DNA from: Octopus sinensis | Lineage: Eukaryota | Assembly: GCF_006345805.1 (NCBI RefSeq) | Contig: NC_042997.1 | Coordinates: 168,392,001-168,456,000 of the forward strand | DNA: 64,000 nucleotides | Direction of reading: 5' to 3' | Shown: positions 1 to 14,453 of the stretch, one piece after another | How positions within the stretch are numbered: position 1 is the first letter of the stretch | How the letters are laid out: each line of letters begins with the position of its first letter | Translations under genes and position numbers: made by a program | Notes under the pieces: model-generated | What the model saw: only the letters and a program-made list of their open reading frames with translations | The model's database searches: none | What the model was told of the DNA's origin: nothing

Positions 1-83
1 AGTTTGCCTGACAAAAACTGGTTTCACTTGTACTTCACATGAGTAGTCAGCAGTAAGACACTCTCTCTCTTGATATATATATA

Positions 84-520
84 TCATCATCATCATTATT
101 TAACATCCGCTTTCCATGCTAGCATGGGTTAGACGAATGACTGAGGGCTGGCGAACCAGATGGCTGCACCAGGCTTCAATCTTGATCTGGCAGAGTTTCT
201 ACAGCTGGATGCCCTTCCTAATACCAACCACTCCGGGAGTGTAGTTGGTGCTTTTACATGCCACCAGCACGGGACCAGTCAGGTGGTACTGGCAATGACC
301 TCGCTCGAATCTTTTACACGTGCCACCGGCACAGGTGCCAGTAAGGCGATGCTGGTAATGATCACGCTCGAATGGTGTCTTTTACATGCCACTGGCACGG
401 AGGCCAGATAGCTGCTCTGGCAACAATCACGCTTGAATGGTGCTCTTAATACCCTACTAGCATGGGGCTGGTAATGGTCATGCTCGAATGGTGCCTTTCA
501 AGTGCCACTGACACTAGTCC
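84..520 (-). repeat. 5'-truncated copy of the RTE 3' end (abundant octopus (CAT)n-ccatgctagcatgg repeat) with degenerate VNTR units
   Basis: Reverse complement of the 29140-29509 tail. Confidence 0.85.
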
Positions 521-544
521 AGAATTGGGGGAAGGCTAGCTCTG

Positions 545-1325
545 CTTTCAGTAAGCTTTATCACAGGCTTTAGAACAGCCACAACACATTGTTGAAAGTG
601 AAAGTCGATATATATAAGTCGGTGGTCTTGACCACATTGCTTTAAGGTGCTGATGTACCAAAAGCACATCAACCAGCTTGACACTTTTCATATGTGATGC
701 TTGCTTATTATCTCCAACATAAAACTGAGTAACCATATCCATAACAGTGAGATACTAACAGAATGCAACATGTTGGGTGTTGGGGCCTTCCTTGTCGGAA
801 TACAGCTTGGATGGTCGGGTCATCTCTTACATGTGGATGATATCAGAGTTCCAAATGGGAGGGTCAGCTGGGAGTCACTCATGTGCTTCAGGTACAAACT
901 GGGGGATGGTCTGGGGCAGTGTGGAATTCCTTTTTCTTCCTGGGAAAACAAAGCATCAGAACACAGGACCTGGCACCAGTCCTGCTTTTCTTTAGTTGAA
1001 AAATTTGAGCCAAGTCAACTCTAGCATTGGGACCAACTTTGTGCAGGCATGAGGGCACACTGGCAAAATGTTCATCTAAATGGAAACCTTACCTGTCATT
1101 GTGATTTTTGGCAGAAAGCAAAGCAGGCCTTGCTGTCCACTCAAGAAAGCACACAGTGAATGATCCACAAGCATTCAAGCAAACTGGGTCCTCAACTTGT
1201 TCCATTTGCCAAAAGGTTTTCAAGGCATCAGCTGGCCTCAAGAGACAAATTTGTGTTCATAGAACATGTGTAATGCTTTACTGAACCCTCATTTGTTGTT
1301 CACAACAAGAGAATCCATCATATAT
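545..1325 (+). mobile_element. 5'-truncated RTE (RTE-1/BovB-like) 3' fragment, degraded
   Basis: Remnant peptide ..NSEIL..GIQLGWSGHLLHVDDIRVP..WE.KASEHRTW and a terminal C2H2-like CSICQKVFKASAGL. Confidence 0.7.
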
Positions 1326-1564
1326 ATATAATAGAATTGGAAGGTTCACTGCTGCTCATTAGTTTCATCTTAGTTTGGAATCTTCAGTCAAGAAAACAAA
1401 TGTTTATGTGTCCAAAGATTCCTGACCCAGGATGAAACTGTTAGTTACTCAGTGTTAAGGAATCTTTCAGTTCTCACAGTAAATATTGACAAACATTAAA
1501 TTCTTACTTTATTTTTAGAGGTAGATGTACATAGTACACTGTAAAATACTCATGTACACACACA

Positions 1565-1623
<59 letters not shown>

Positions 1624-2202
1624 TCCATCTTATTTGCACAAGCAGGAAAAGTTTAATGTAAAACTATAGAATAAAGTACTAAAATGTTGAATATTTTAAA
1701 ATTACCTCTCCTGAATATTGCGCTTTATATTGTAAACAGATAAGTGACTTAAGTAATAGCCTCTCATAAAATTTTTCTTTTTTTTTCTTTTACTTGTTAT
1801 CATCCTTTAAATGTTTGTATGTATTAGAAAATAATGTTGGTTTGTGTTAAGAAGTTGACTTTGCAATCTTGTGCTTTGCAATCAGTTGTATTCTGAAAGG
1901 CTTTAGGGAAATGTCTTCTACTGCAATCATGTGAGAGGAGTTTGGTTGGTGAAAATTGTCATGATGCCCATTATGTGTGTGTGTGTGTTTATGTGTATCT
2001 TTGTTCACTTGTGTATCAAGTTGTGTCCATTTGTCAAAAAGGTAACTTGACCATTTGTTATATTAAGATAAATAAAATAAACATTGGGGGCCAGTATGAT
2101 AGACTAAAGCCCTTCAGGATGGTGCTCTAAGCATGACCACAGTCAAATTACTGGAATAAGTAAATGCATAAAATGTGTCAGAAAATATTTTGGAAAATAA
2201 AG

Positions 2203-2575
2203 GTATGTGTTAGAAATTAAATGTTTGTATGTGTTAGAAAGTAAATGTTTGTATGTGTTAGAAAGTAAATGTTTGTATGTGTTAGAAAGTAAATGTTTGT
2301 ATGTGTTAGAAAGTAAATGTTTGTATGTGTTAGAAAGTAAATGTTTGTATGTGTTAGAAAGTAAATGTTTGTATGTGTTAGAAAGTAAATGTTTGTATGT
2401 GTTAGAAAGTAAATGTTTATGTGTGTTAGAAATTAAATATGTGTATTAGAAAGTAAATATTTGTGTGTGTTATAAAATAATTGTATGTATGCATTAGAAA
2501 ATTACCATATGTATGTTTTCTGAAAATAAATGTATGTGTTAGAAAGTAAGAGTTTGTATGTGTTAGAAAATAAAT
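2203..2575. repeat. 24-bp minisatellite (tgtatgtgttagaaagtaaatgtt)n, about 9 homogeneous units plus degenerate flanks
   Basis: Seen directly; produces the spurious KCLYVLES ORF. Confidence 0.95.
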
Positions 2576-2577
2576 GC

Positions 2578-4260
2578 GTCATCTTCATTTTTTTTCATCC
2601 ATTTTTCCATGCTTGCATGGGTTGGACAGGTCTTCTCCGACACAGCATCTCACCATTTGTCATGGTAACACATCATCTCCTTCATGAGGTTCAAGTATCC
2701 TGGGATCAGCTTTCACCACATCTACCCATTGTCCTCCTCAGTCTTCTTCTTCTGCAGGTTCTTTCTACTTGGCTCTCTTAGCATTTCTTCACTCAATTGT
2801 AATCCTCCATATGCATCACGTCTGCACCTGCACAAGTCTTTTCTCTTGCACACTAAATTTGATTCCTCTTATATTCAGTTTTTTTTTTTTTTTGACAACC
2901 AGCTCATTTGTGCTCCGTCGTTCATGTACATTATCATTTACACATTCTGTGGAGCATGCTTGCTTCATTTCTTTCCAGCTTCCACACATCCTCCACATTC
3001 ATTGCCTATGTTTTGCCGACATCCAACACATTGCACTTTGTACACAAACATTCACCAATTTACCCTTTACTCAAAGTAAGAATTCCTTTGTTGTTAGCAG
3101 AGGTAATATATCCCCAAATGGTTTTCACTCTGTTCATAATCTGGCCACTATGCTCTCTCCCACTAATTAGGTCATCTAGGTAAGAGAAGCTATTATGCAG
3201 CCTTCCAAGCATTTGAAGGAATATATTTTACTGTGTCTGTTCCATCAATTCCTAGTCATCTGCCACATATAAAGTCTTTCTATGTTAGCTGGCTTATGAT
3301 CTCATTACACCTCTTGTGGTGACATGGTAGTGGAATTTTACAGTAGATATCACTGGTGGTTACTGCCTATAGATGTAATTTCTGTCTTAGAGTGAACTGT
3401 CTCTAAGAAACTTTCAGTTCTCCTTTATGTTAAAGGTCGCTTTCTGTTTTTCCTCCTCCTCAATGTATGTATCAATCAGAGGCACCTTTCAGGTTTAACA
3501 CCTTCCTACACCAGATTGTCTTGTCTCTTAGTCTGTCTAGATTCTACTCTCAAGTCACTAACCATTAGTCTAGTCTATGTAGAGTGATACATTCTGTACT
3601 GGTGAAAGGTTTGGTATTTACAACCATCCGTTTCTCTGTTTTCTGTTGAGTATGAAGTTAATTTGGTTTGTGTCTTTATCTAATTAGTAGGTGATTAAGT
3701 GACTGACCAATTTCCTTAAGCCAGTGTTGCAAATGGCTTGATCATTTGCATTACAGAATTTCAAGAGCTTTGATCCCTCCTCATTTTTTGTACCATATTC
3801 ATAGCCTCCTTGTTTTTGCAACATGTCCATCAGTCACCAGCTATGATAATAAGATCACTGTCATCCATTATCAAGGTAGTCAGCAAAAGGATTTTATGGA
3901 GATAGTCCTTTTGCTTACCTGTCAGTCTTGATTATGATGCATTTGCAGAGAATGCGAGAATGCTACTTTTGTCATGTTACTTGTGACTAGTTTGAATCCT
4001 GCCCTATACTTGAATGTATCCTGTCACATATTTCAGTTACTTAATTAATTTCTCTGCCAACAAAATGCATACTCTACCTATTCTATTGCTGTTACCCATC
4101 CAGAATTTGTACCTGTATTCTTTGTCCATGAGATAATATAGTTGAGGTGTTTCTTCATCTAGTATTTTGCATACAGCACATATTCATTTACCTATACCCC
4201 TGAATCTCGACAATCTATCCAGTATTGACAGTAACAGTTTTGAATTTTTATATTTGATAA
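2578..4260 (-). mobile_element. Old, internally deleted copy of the RTE family found at 25.5-29.5 kb
   Basis: The minus strand gives degraded EN motifs (IIIAGD, EEGSKLLKFCNAND, LITY, QINF), joined directly to the PHD/C-terminal region (HKRC..FICGR, LERNEASML.RMC) and the ccaacccatgcaagcatgg tail. Confidence 0.8.
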
Positions 4261-6967
4261 GAAGCAGTGGGAAATTTGGTGGTGGGTGAATTATTGCTTG
4301 TTGTCTGCAACTGAAAGGAAGAGTTTGTGCAAGTGTTTGATGAGAGTCAAGCGTTTCTTACATATGGCCAAATGTTTTCATCTGATCACCCCTCCCTCCA
4401 CTGCCATGTGCAACACTAGCATGGTAAGTGTTATTCCTGTATGTGTAAATATGTCTGTCATAATTTTGGCATGGTTTTATTGGTTGGTTGTCCTTCATAT
4501 CATCAGAAAACTTCACAGCATGGACAAGGTGCATTTTATTGTACCATCAACATTAGAGAGAAACTTTCTGCCAGGGCTAAGGTGTCTCTTCACTGTGTCA
4601 CTTTTTATTCAGAGTTAATGCTCTGCTACACATCTTTTCTCCACTTTTTGTCTATTAAAAAATATATGTTGTGTGTGTTGGAAATGTTCACAATATTTTT
4701 TTCATAACCTGTTTATATCTCTCTGTTATAGCTGAAATATATTCAACTTTTTGTCAATGCAACAGTTACTTAACATTCTTGTATTCCTTTTGTCATATAC
4801 TGTTAACTTTTTAAAGTGGTTAATTTCTAGTGAAAATATTTTAAACCCTTCTCTTTCACTTCAATAAATTTTAATAAATAGACAGAGACATGGTCTAGAA
4901 AATTGCAGTTCTATAGAATGTAAATGCTGTTATGACATTTTCACAAAACATTTAAACTTGAATAATGTATATATACATGTTTTCTTAGACATATCAAATT
5001 ATTTTTGAAATTCTAGATGTATCTTTCAAACCATGAACAATAGCTAATCCCCACCACCCCGAAAATAACCAATAATAATTAGAAAGACGTCTATCAGAGA
5101 CAAAAATCAACCTTGGTGGGATTTGAACTCTGAACATAAACATTACCAAATACTGCTCAGCATTTTTCTGGCAGTCTACCAATTCTGTTAATCTACTAAT
5201 AGTGATTTCTAACATTGGCCACCAACTTTGAGACAGGTACAGTTAATTGAATTACTCAACTGGTTTTAACTTATTGACCCTGTAAAGGTGAATAGTAAGT
5301 TCAACCTTGGCAGAGTTCAAATTCAGAATGTAAAGATACATAACTAAATACTGTGAGGTATTTTTTTCTGGCACTCTTTCAATTCTGATATCTGTTAGCA
5401 CTCTTTAAGATAAGGCTAATACACTATATATGTCTCTCTATATATATACTCATAACTATTTTCTTTTAATAATAATTACTTTGCACATTGGCACAAGATA
5501 CAAAAGGGGAAGATAAAATTGATTGAATTAACTCTAGTATTCTTATTTTATCAGCCATAGTTAAGCCAACTCAATATTTTGTGAAGCAATATTTGTGAAA
5601 TAAATAATATTCTTCTAAGTGAATTGGGTGGGGAGAAAGGAAGAGGAAAAGAATTAGAAACGGATGCAAAATTAAACACGGTATTCAGTAGAGCCTGGGA
5701 AGTGAGACACATTACTGGTGAAAATAGATGTGGATTCATCAGTTTGGTTTTGAATTTTTAATCTTAGAAATATGCACTAAACACAAATGAAATTTCAATA
5801 CAGCAATATTACATCATCATTTAATGTCTATTGTCCATGCTGGCATGGGTTGACAGTTTGACCAGAGCTGACAAGCTGGGGATCTGCACCAGACTCCAGA
5901 AAAATAAGTCAGCAATGCATTGTGCTCAAATATTAGCTATACAATCTTGTTAGTCCAGGTTTGTTTCCACTGTGTGGCACTTAGGCAAGTGTCCTTTTAT
6001 TGCCTGTGTTGATTGTGGAATTTGGTAGGTGAAAACAGTAGAAATCAGTCATGTGCTCCTATGTGTTTGTTTACAGTGGCCTAAAAGTTGGAGTTGATGC
6101 TTATGTTGTGTTCTTTTATATCCTGTGACTTCATGGTTCAATAAATAGAATCAATAAAATAAGAATCCAATTGAAATAAGTGCCTGGAACAATATAATTG
6201 GCTAAGACTGCAGTTCAGTGATTGAAACCAGTAAAAAAATAAAGCAAAAATAACTGTCAGAGATAAGTCAAAAGAATTACAGAGGGAATGGTTTGCAGAA
6301 ATAAAGCTCTAGGAATGACAAGAAAAGAAATTCTTGCTTCACCACTCCATGCTTTATTGAAGCTTGACATAACAACACCCTCAAATTGTTCAGCATTGAT
6401 ATCATTTTATAGCTTCTATACATCTACTTTATACAAGAAGCATTGTTCACTCCATTCAAAAAAAAAAAATCCCGAGTGAAAAGTTCAACTTTAAATGAAA
6501 AGATTCAGTGTTTGAAGAACTAAAGATTAAGGTCAAAGTTTTGGTCTTTAATCTAAACCACTTTTTTACATCTTGTGAATACAGCATTTGGATCAGACAT
6601 CAAATGCTATTCCTAGTTATGGCTTTACTTGAAGTCACTGATCTGCAGATGTTCATCAACATCCATCTCAGCATCCAAGGATGTTCTGCAAAAGTCACTG
6701 CATTACTCTCATTGACTAATAAATAAAAATATATAAATGAAATCCTGTTATTAGTGTTGGAACATCTATCTGCAGGTTATTCTTTCTAGTATTGGACTAA
6801 CACATGGAAGACATTGCATCTTTATTCAGAGAAACAGTGTAGTGCTTAGAGCAGAGAATGAATTTCTGATCTTTCGAATCTATTGTCCTGCAACCATTAT
6901 TTTTCTCTAAAAACCAATTAACCAATCATGATGTTTGAAATATTTGGCTTGTTAAATTTAAAATACC

Positions 6968-7193
6968 TATTTCTTTACTACCCACAAGGGGCTAAACACA
7001 GAGAGGACAAACAAGGACAGACAAACAGATTAAGTCGATTATATCGACCCCAGTGCATAACTGGTACTTATTTAATCGACCCCGAAAGGATGAAAGGCAA
7101 AGTAGACTTCGGCGGAATTTGAACTCGTAACATAGCGGCGGACAAAATACCACAAAGCATTTCGCCTGGTGTGCTAACGTTTCTGCCAGCTCG
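6968..7193 (-). mobile_element. tRNA-derived SINE, family A
   Basis: Pol III A/B-box-like head (tggcagaaacgttagc / gagttcaaattcc) and central tttgcctttcatcctttcggggtcgat; degenerate copies near 5040-5390, 19350-19560, 29755-29900, 39900-40135, 52860-53070. Confidence 0.85.
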
Positions 7194-9145
7194 AAAACAC
7201 CATGGCATTACTTCCTTCGAAGTAGAAACGAAAATAATATAGTAGAATATCTTATGAGGAATACTATTCACTTTGATATGTTATTGCATGTCTGAATAAC
7301 ATTTCTAATGTTCCCAAGTTTATGTAGTCTTTTGTTTGATATCGGCCAAAAGGTACAATGAGCATTGGAATTATTTATAGACCACCCCCTCCCCACCGTT
7401 ATAGGTCAAATAATTTAATGAGTAAAAATAAGGAAAAGAATGTTTCTAAACATTGGTTCATACAAAGTGTAATCATATAGTTGCAGTCTTTGTAGTATAA
7501 GGTGTATTATTGTTAACTGGTCAGACCAGCTGTTAATACAAAGATGAAAAAATAAATAACATAGAACATTTAAGAGAGTTTAATCAAGTGAAAACAATAA
7601 AATATAGGTGGGTTGTTATTGATCTTTATGAAATGAAAATAAAACGAATTGATTTTTGGTATATATTCAAATAACTGTTCTCTCTCTTCACAAAAGACTG
7701 GCATTTCTTCTTTTTAATTTATTCCACTACTGAAGAAGGTGTGTCCTTGATCTGATGATCTTTTAAATAATACAATGAAGTTGATGTTGGCAGTTATTGA
7801 GATTTTTTTTTTGTGTTTTTTTTTTTTGTTTAGTTTTTAAGTTGGGAATATAATAACAAAATGGGACTAAATAAATAGATTTTTATTTTGTTGTGGAAAA
7901 CCTAACATGAAGAATGATATAGTGGAGGTTAAGCAGTGCAATGAGATGTAAAAAAAAAAAAAGAAAAAAGTTAAGTACAGTATTTTATTTGTGATCATGG
8001 TTGCATTCAGTAGATTGGTGGGCAAAGAGTCGATTGTAGTAAATATGGGGTGGGGAGGAAATAAAATCATTGAGGCAACAGTGAGTAAGCATGTTTAATA
8101 AAAAAAAGTTCAATGGCCACTGGATATAATCAGGATGTTAGACTAAAGTGGCTGTGTGGCGTATGTGATTATTCCATAATAGGTAAAGTTTTGGTAGATA
8201 TATTTTTAACTTAGAAAATGACTCATATACAATTTTTATATCCAAAGTTCCAAGAGATGACCTGTTCCAATTGAAATGAGGGGGAAATTCTTCAGGATGG
8301 AGTCATTTATGAAAAGTGAGATTTCTGAAGATAAATAAAAGTTTGTATTCTTATGCTATCAAAGGCTATCAAATATTACTTGTTTCTACAAACTTTAGTT
8401 TTCTTTGGATATAAACATTGTATATGAGTTATTTTCCAAGTGAAACTTCCAAGAAATGACTTGTTTCAGTTGAAACAATGGGAAAATTCTTCAGGATGGA
8501 ATCATTTATGAAAAGTGAGATTTCTGAAGATAAATAAAAGTTTGTATTTTTAGGCTGTCAAATATTGCTTGTTTCTGCAAACTTTAGTTTTCTTTTAGAT
8601 GCAGAACTGAATTTTATTAATGAGAAATAGGAACTAAAAACAAGACAATGAAAACAGCAAGGTAGTGTTGTCAACACCTGTGGGTTGAAGAATATCTACC
8701 AGATATGATGTATAAATTTGATAATCATTATCATTTTTAAATTTGATAATCATTATCATTTTTAAATTTGATAATCATCATCATCTTTAATGTCCACTTG
8801 TCCATGCTCACATGGGTTGAACAGAATTTTGTTGAGGTAGATGTTGCCAACCCTTACCTGTTTCCAAATAAGGTAATATTTTCCCATGACCAGACATGTT
8901 TTCACAGAAGATTAGGAATGAAGGACACAACTTGCATGATGGAGACATTTATTTACAACTATCATGATGTCAAGAAAAGGAATCAGTTACACACACAGAC
9001 ACCCCCACTCACACATATATATAGGCTCAGATGTGGTTGTGTGGTAGGAAGCTTGCTTCCCAACCACTTGGCTCTGATTTCAGTCCTACCGTGTGACACC
9101 TCGGGCAAGAGTCTTCTGCTTTAGCCTTGGACAAACCAAAGCCTT

Positions 9146-9282
9146 CATCATCATCATCGTTTAACGCCTGCTTTCCATGCTAGCATGGGTTGGACGATTT
9201 GACTGAGGGCTGGCGAGCCAGATGGCTGCACCAGGCTTCAATCTTGATCTGGCAGAGTTTCTACAGCTGGATGCCCTTCCTG
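9146..9282 (-). repeat. Short RTE 3'-tail copy
   Basis: Nearly identical to 86-215. Confidence 0.8.
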
Positions 9283-9911
9283 TAAGTAGATTTTGTAGAC
9301 ACAAACTGAAAGAAACATGTGTGTCTCTCTCTCTCTCTCACATACACACGCGCACGCATGTGTGTGTGTCTTTTTGTGCCCCATCACCACTTGCAATCTG
9401 TGTTGGTGTGTTTATATCCCTGTAACTTAGCAGTTTGGCAAAAGAGATCAATAGAATAAGTACCAGGCTTTAAAAAAAAAAAGGACTGTGGTCAGTTTGA
9501 TTAGCTAAAATTCTTCAAGGCAGTGCCCCAGCATGGCTGCAGTCTAATGGTTGAAACAAGTGAAAAATATGTATATGACAGGCTTCTTTCAGTTTCCGTC
9601 TACCAAATTCACTTACAAGGCTTTGGTCAGTCCAGGGTTACAAAAGAAGACATTTGCCCTGGATGCAATGTAATGGAATTGAACCCAGGACCATGTGACT
9701 GGGAAGTACTTCTAATTCCACGTCCATACCTGTGAATTAAGAAATTGTCTCAGCAAAATAGATACAGGATAAGAAAAAAGAGAAGTAGTAACCCTAAACA
9801 TAAAAATAAATTTTTCCTTGAAGGTATTTTTATCTCCCTTGTGTAAGGGTTGCTTACGACTGCTAGGATTTGTTTCCTTTTTCCAAGTGGCAAATTTCTG
9901 TTTTATCTTCA

Positions 9912-10123
9912 TCTTTTCTTTTACTTGTTTCAGTCATTTGACTGTGATCATGCTGGGGCACCGTCTTGAAGGGTTTTTTAGTCAAACAAATCAACACCTG
10001 GACTCAGTATTTTTTTAAAGCCTAGTACTTATTGTTTCATTCTCTTTTACTGAACTGCTAAACTACAGGAACATAACCTCACCAACACTGGTTGTCAAGA
10101 GGTGATAAGGGGACAAACACAAA

Positions 10124-10166
<43 letters not shown>

Positions 10167-10340
10167 GCATGCACACACTTGATGGGTTTCTTTCAGTTTT
10201 TGTCTATCAAATCTACTCACAAGGCTTGGGTCAGCCTGAGGTTATCGTAGAAGAAACTTGCTCAATGTGCCATGTTGTGGGACTGAACCACGAACCATGT
10301 GGTTGGAAGCAAGCTTCTTACCACACAGCCACACCTGCAC
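9912..10340 (-). mobile_element. tRNA-derived SINE, family B (diverged)
   Basis: Same head, core and tail; further copies near 11565-11880, 5960-6240, 1845-2165, 47630-47880, 51225-51390. Confidence 0.8.
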
Positions 10341-13300
10341 TTATAATCATGCAGCCATGCTCGTGTCTATTGAGATTTTTATGTCTTTTCTACATTTGTT
10401 ATTTGCTACATTATCCGTGTATGTGGATTATAGATTCAATCACTGCCTGCTGACTGCGTGAGGGGAGTTATAAAGAAAAAAGAACAAAATTAATTACAAT
10501 GATTTATAAATGGAAATAGACAGTATGTGTTGAATGAAAAAGTTATGCAATGGTAACAGCTGAAGTGAAAGGGGGTTGTGGAGAGCAAGTTTAGGATTAG
10601 TTAGAAATCAGCAAACCAACTATGCGGCAATGTAGAACTGTTCAACTTGATGTTAACATTTCTCAGTCAAGGACAAAGGGATAGCATTTCAAATAAAGTT
10701 TGACATTTTTGTTGGCAGTTTTTGTTAAGTCACTAAAATATTATGTAATAACAGAGTATGTGAATATACTGGTGGAAATGATTGATCTTCCTACACCTTT
10801 TCAACAACACCATCCCTTTCATCATCATCATCATCATCACATCTGCAACATTTTAACATTTTCAGTGCTGGTGAAAAGTTTCATTCAAATCTTGATAACG
10901 TTATGATTTTAACCTACTCTTTACATGCAGCTGGTGGAGATTAGCTGTTGTAGTCTACTCCAAGTTTCTTCACTGCCTTCTTTTCGTCCAGTTCATTTTT
11001 AATCAACAACTTACTTTTTGTGATACATTTCAGAGATTATAAATTTCTGTGATTAGTTGTTATCTACTTCTATATATATATATATATATATATATTCTAA
11101 CTATTTTTATGTAATGAATCTATTTTTGAAAAAAGGTTAATGACAGCATGTTCTACTGGACTTCTGTTCCTTTGACCTTTACATTGAACCAAGTTACAAT
11201 ATTTGAGTTGTGTTACTAGGTAAGGCAACTACTGCCTTATTGATAACAGGTTTCATTCTTCATGGTTAAGTCTTTTGTTATTATTATTTATCTCCAGATA
11301 AGACTCATCAAGTAGACCTATTATCAAAAGCATTCCAGCTTTGACTATCTCATTATTAATTCAAACAGTGTATATTAGGCTATATTACCAAATGTGGTCT
11401 ATATTTTAAAAAGACAATTGGAGGAGATTTAGCTGCTATTTCCAGATCTAATGACCACATAGAGGCATCATTTCTGGCTCTAAATATGTACACATATTTG
11501 AAGTAACTGTATTTAAATATCCAATAGCTTGAGGGGGAAAAAAGCTATAAATAGAATTAAAGCTGTTAAGGTGTGGTAAAAAGTTTTCTTCCCAACCACA
11601 TGGTCCTGGGTTCAGTGCTACTGCATGGTACAGTGGGCAAGTGTCTTTTACTTAGCTCCAAGTTGACAAAGCCTTGTTGGTGGGTTTGGTTGATGGAAAC
11701 TGAAAGAAGCCTGATTTTGGTTTGTTTACATCCCTGTAACTTAGCAGTTCAGCAAAAGAGACCAATAGAGTAAGTACCAGGCTTAAAAAGAGAGATAAGT
11801 ACTGGTGTTGATTTGTTTGACTAAAACCCTTCAAGGTGGTGCTCCAGTATGGTTGTTCTCTAATGACTGGCATAAGTAAAGGAAGATGAATTAGCCTCGT
11901 TTTGAAATTTATATTTTGATATATAGAATTTGTTAGAGTATCATCTTTGTCATGTTGTGGATACTATAGCTATTCATTTCTTTGTAATAGTATTAGTACA
12001 AATTCTGAATAAATAACAGCACGAGAGTGGATAGAATAAGACCTATTGTTAACAGAAAAATGGATAGAGTAATAGAGGTAATCAGAATATGTGACCAAAA
12101 TGATTAAGCTTAGACTAGTTATAGATATGACAATAGTGGTCTCTACATAGATGTTGCAACAGAACATCATTTTCAAGGTGGAACTTGGTGGTGAATTGGC
12201 AGAGGCTTTACAACATGAGGCAAAATGCCTTGCACTATCTATGATAATGATAATGAAATTATTGTATATAGTGCTCAGGTGCACCACAATCTATTCCAGC
12301 TCTCTGCACTTTGAGTTAAACCCCACCATGGTCAACTTTGCTGTTTCTCTTTTTGGGATTGTTAAAATAAAGTATTAGTGCAGGTGGGTTAGCAGAATTG
12401 TTAGAAGACCCTGTGGTATTTGTTCCGGTTCTTTGTGTTCTGATTTGAGGATAAATTGTGGTTACGGACACTGCCTTTCTTTCCTAGAATAACCAATAAA
12501 AAAAAAAATGTTTTATATATTTTGCCTGTGGTATTGTCATCATAGCCAGGTGCTCTCCAGAAGTTCTGATCTCATGTTGATTCTTATTGAAGCCATTTTA
12601 CTATTTCAACTCAATTGAAACATTGAACTTTTATTGGAAACAGCCACTTCTCTGCATATGCTCCACCTGCAGAACTGACAACTCAGCAAAAGAACTATTT
12701 CTATATGGTCTTCTCATAAACTTCTTTGATAATAGGTAGTAGTGACTGCATTGTAGCTGGAGACTTTAATGAATTGTTGTAGTTTAGCTGTAGCTTAGTG
12801 TTGACTGAGCAGATGTATAATAAGATGGATTCAAGCTGTGATCATCCTGTCTGTAAAAACATAATCTCTGTTTCTGATATCCAGTGCATCCTTCTCAATG
12901 TTTAAAGGCAAAAGGGATATGTTTGAGAGAGATTTGTTTGCTATTTTTCACCACATTGAGTGATCATGTAGTTATTTACTGATGTAAGATAAGTAAATCA
13001 CTAAGATTTTTATATCTACATGAATTGTTGATGTTAAATAACTTTACAACTGATTATTTCTTCCAATGTGTGATGTTATGAGTTACATTTGTTTTCCAGA
13101 TAATCTTATTGCAGTAATTAAACCAGTGTTTATTGTCGAGCTGGAACTCTAGAATTTACAGTTAGTTTTACATTACAGATCCATATCTATTGCCAACTTG
13201 ATTCTACACCTCATCATGAGTAATCCCTTCCTATTTCATACTCCATAGAATGACCCAGAAAAATAGTTCACACAAACAACACTTTATAAGATAACAATAC

Positions 13301-13562
13301 TTAAATATTTCAAGAGGGCTAGTAAAAAAAATCCATTGTCTTTGAAAATTGTTTCACTAAGAATTTAACCCTTTTGGTACTTGAAAATTCCTCCAGTTCT
13401 ATGTTAGAAAACTGCTTGTTTTAAAGTGTGTGTAATGTTCATATTCTTGATAATTTTATGAAATAAACTTTAATGTTCCAAACATCAGCTTAATACAGAA
13501 ATAAATGTAAGTATTAGGTACTTTATTAAATACTATTGGAGTTTTATTAATTTTCAAAATTA

Positions 13563-14453
13563 CTGTATATACTCATGTAAAAGTTTGAATTTTTTAGGCT
13601 CTTTTTTAAGGTCAAATTTATGGGGTCAACATGGATACTACTTTTGAGGGGCTGAAATTCAAGCTAGAACCCAAAGTACCATGTTAGTAGTAGAAACCCA
13701 ACTGATGTCTAAGTGAATAAAAACAAAAACACAATGAATTACAGTAATATTACCAATTCTATACATCCAACCACATTTTCTAGTAAATAACAAAACAGTG
13801 GTGTTTGTTGTTATTCACTGATAGTGCTGTCTGTGAAACATATTTCTCACCATGTAAACAGATGAGCGTATGACACATGTGTTTATTGTATTTGGGAATG
13901 AATGAAGAAAATATAAAGGTTGCATGGGAACCACTGATCTAGCGATTACTTGAATGTTTTTAGGCTTATCAAAGTCCCGCCTTTGTATGAATTCAGACAG
14001 TGGCATTTGTCAATGTTCACCAATAGTGCTGTCTTGTGTTTCTCACTATGTAAACTACGAGTGTATAATGCTTGTGTTTATTGTGCTTGAAGATGTATGC
14101 AGGCTTGCAACATATCCTGGGCATACATTTTAGTATTGATGATGTAACACCCATCAACAGATGTGCAGTGCTCGCTATTAAATGGTGTTTTACTATAAGC
14201 ACTGAGCATTCCATTATAAGCACTAAGCATTCCACCTGTAGAGCAGGCTACAGTAAGGTAGCCACACAATTTTGTAACTGTGTTATTTCTACATACAGGA
14301 GAATATGGTACCGTGACCCACAAATGTTGTCCTGTTGCTCATGAAATACTAGGGTTGACTTTTTTATGGGATCTATGGAAAATTCCCAATTTTTTAGCTA
14401 AAAATAGGAGGTCAACTTTTACATAAGATCAACTATTATTTGTGTATATATGG
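13563..14453. mobile_element. Degenerate pogo/Tigger-like MITE
   Basis: TA-flanked imperfect TIRs (ctgtatatactc / ccatatatacac) and a subterminal atgtaaaagtt match. Confidence 0.55.
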
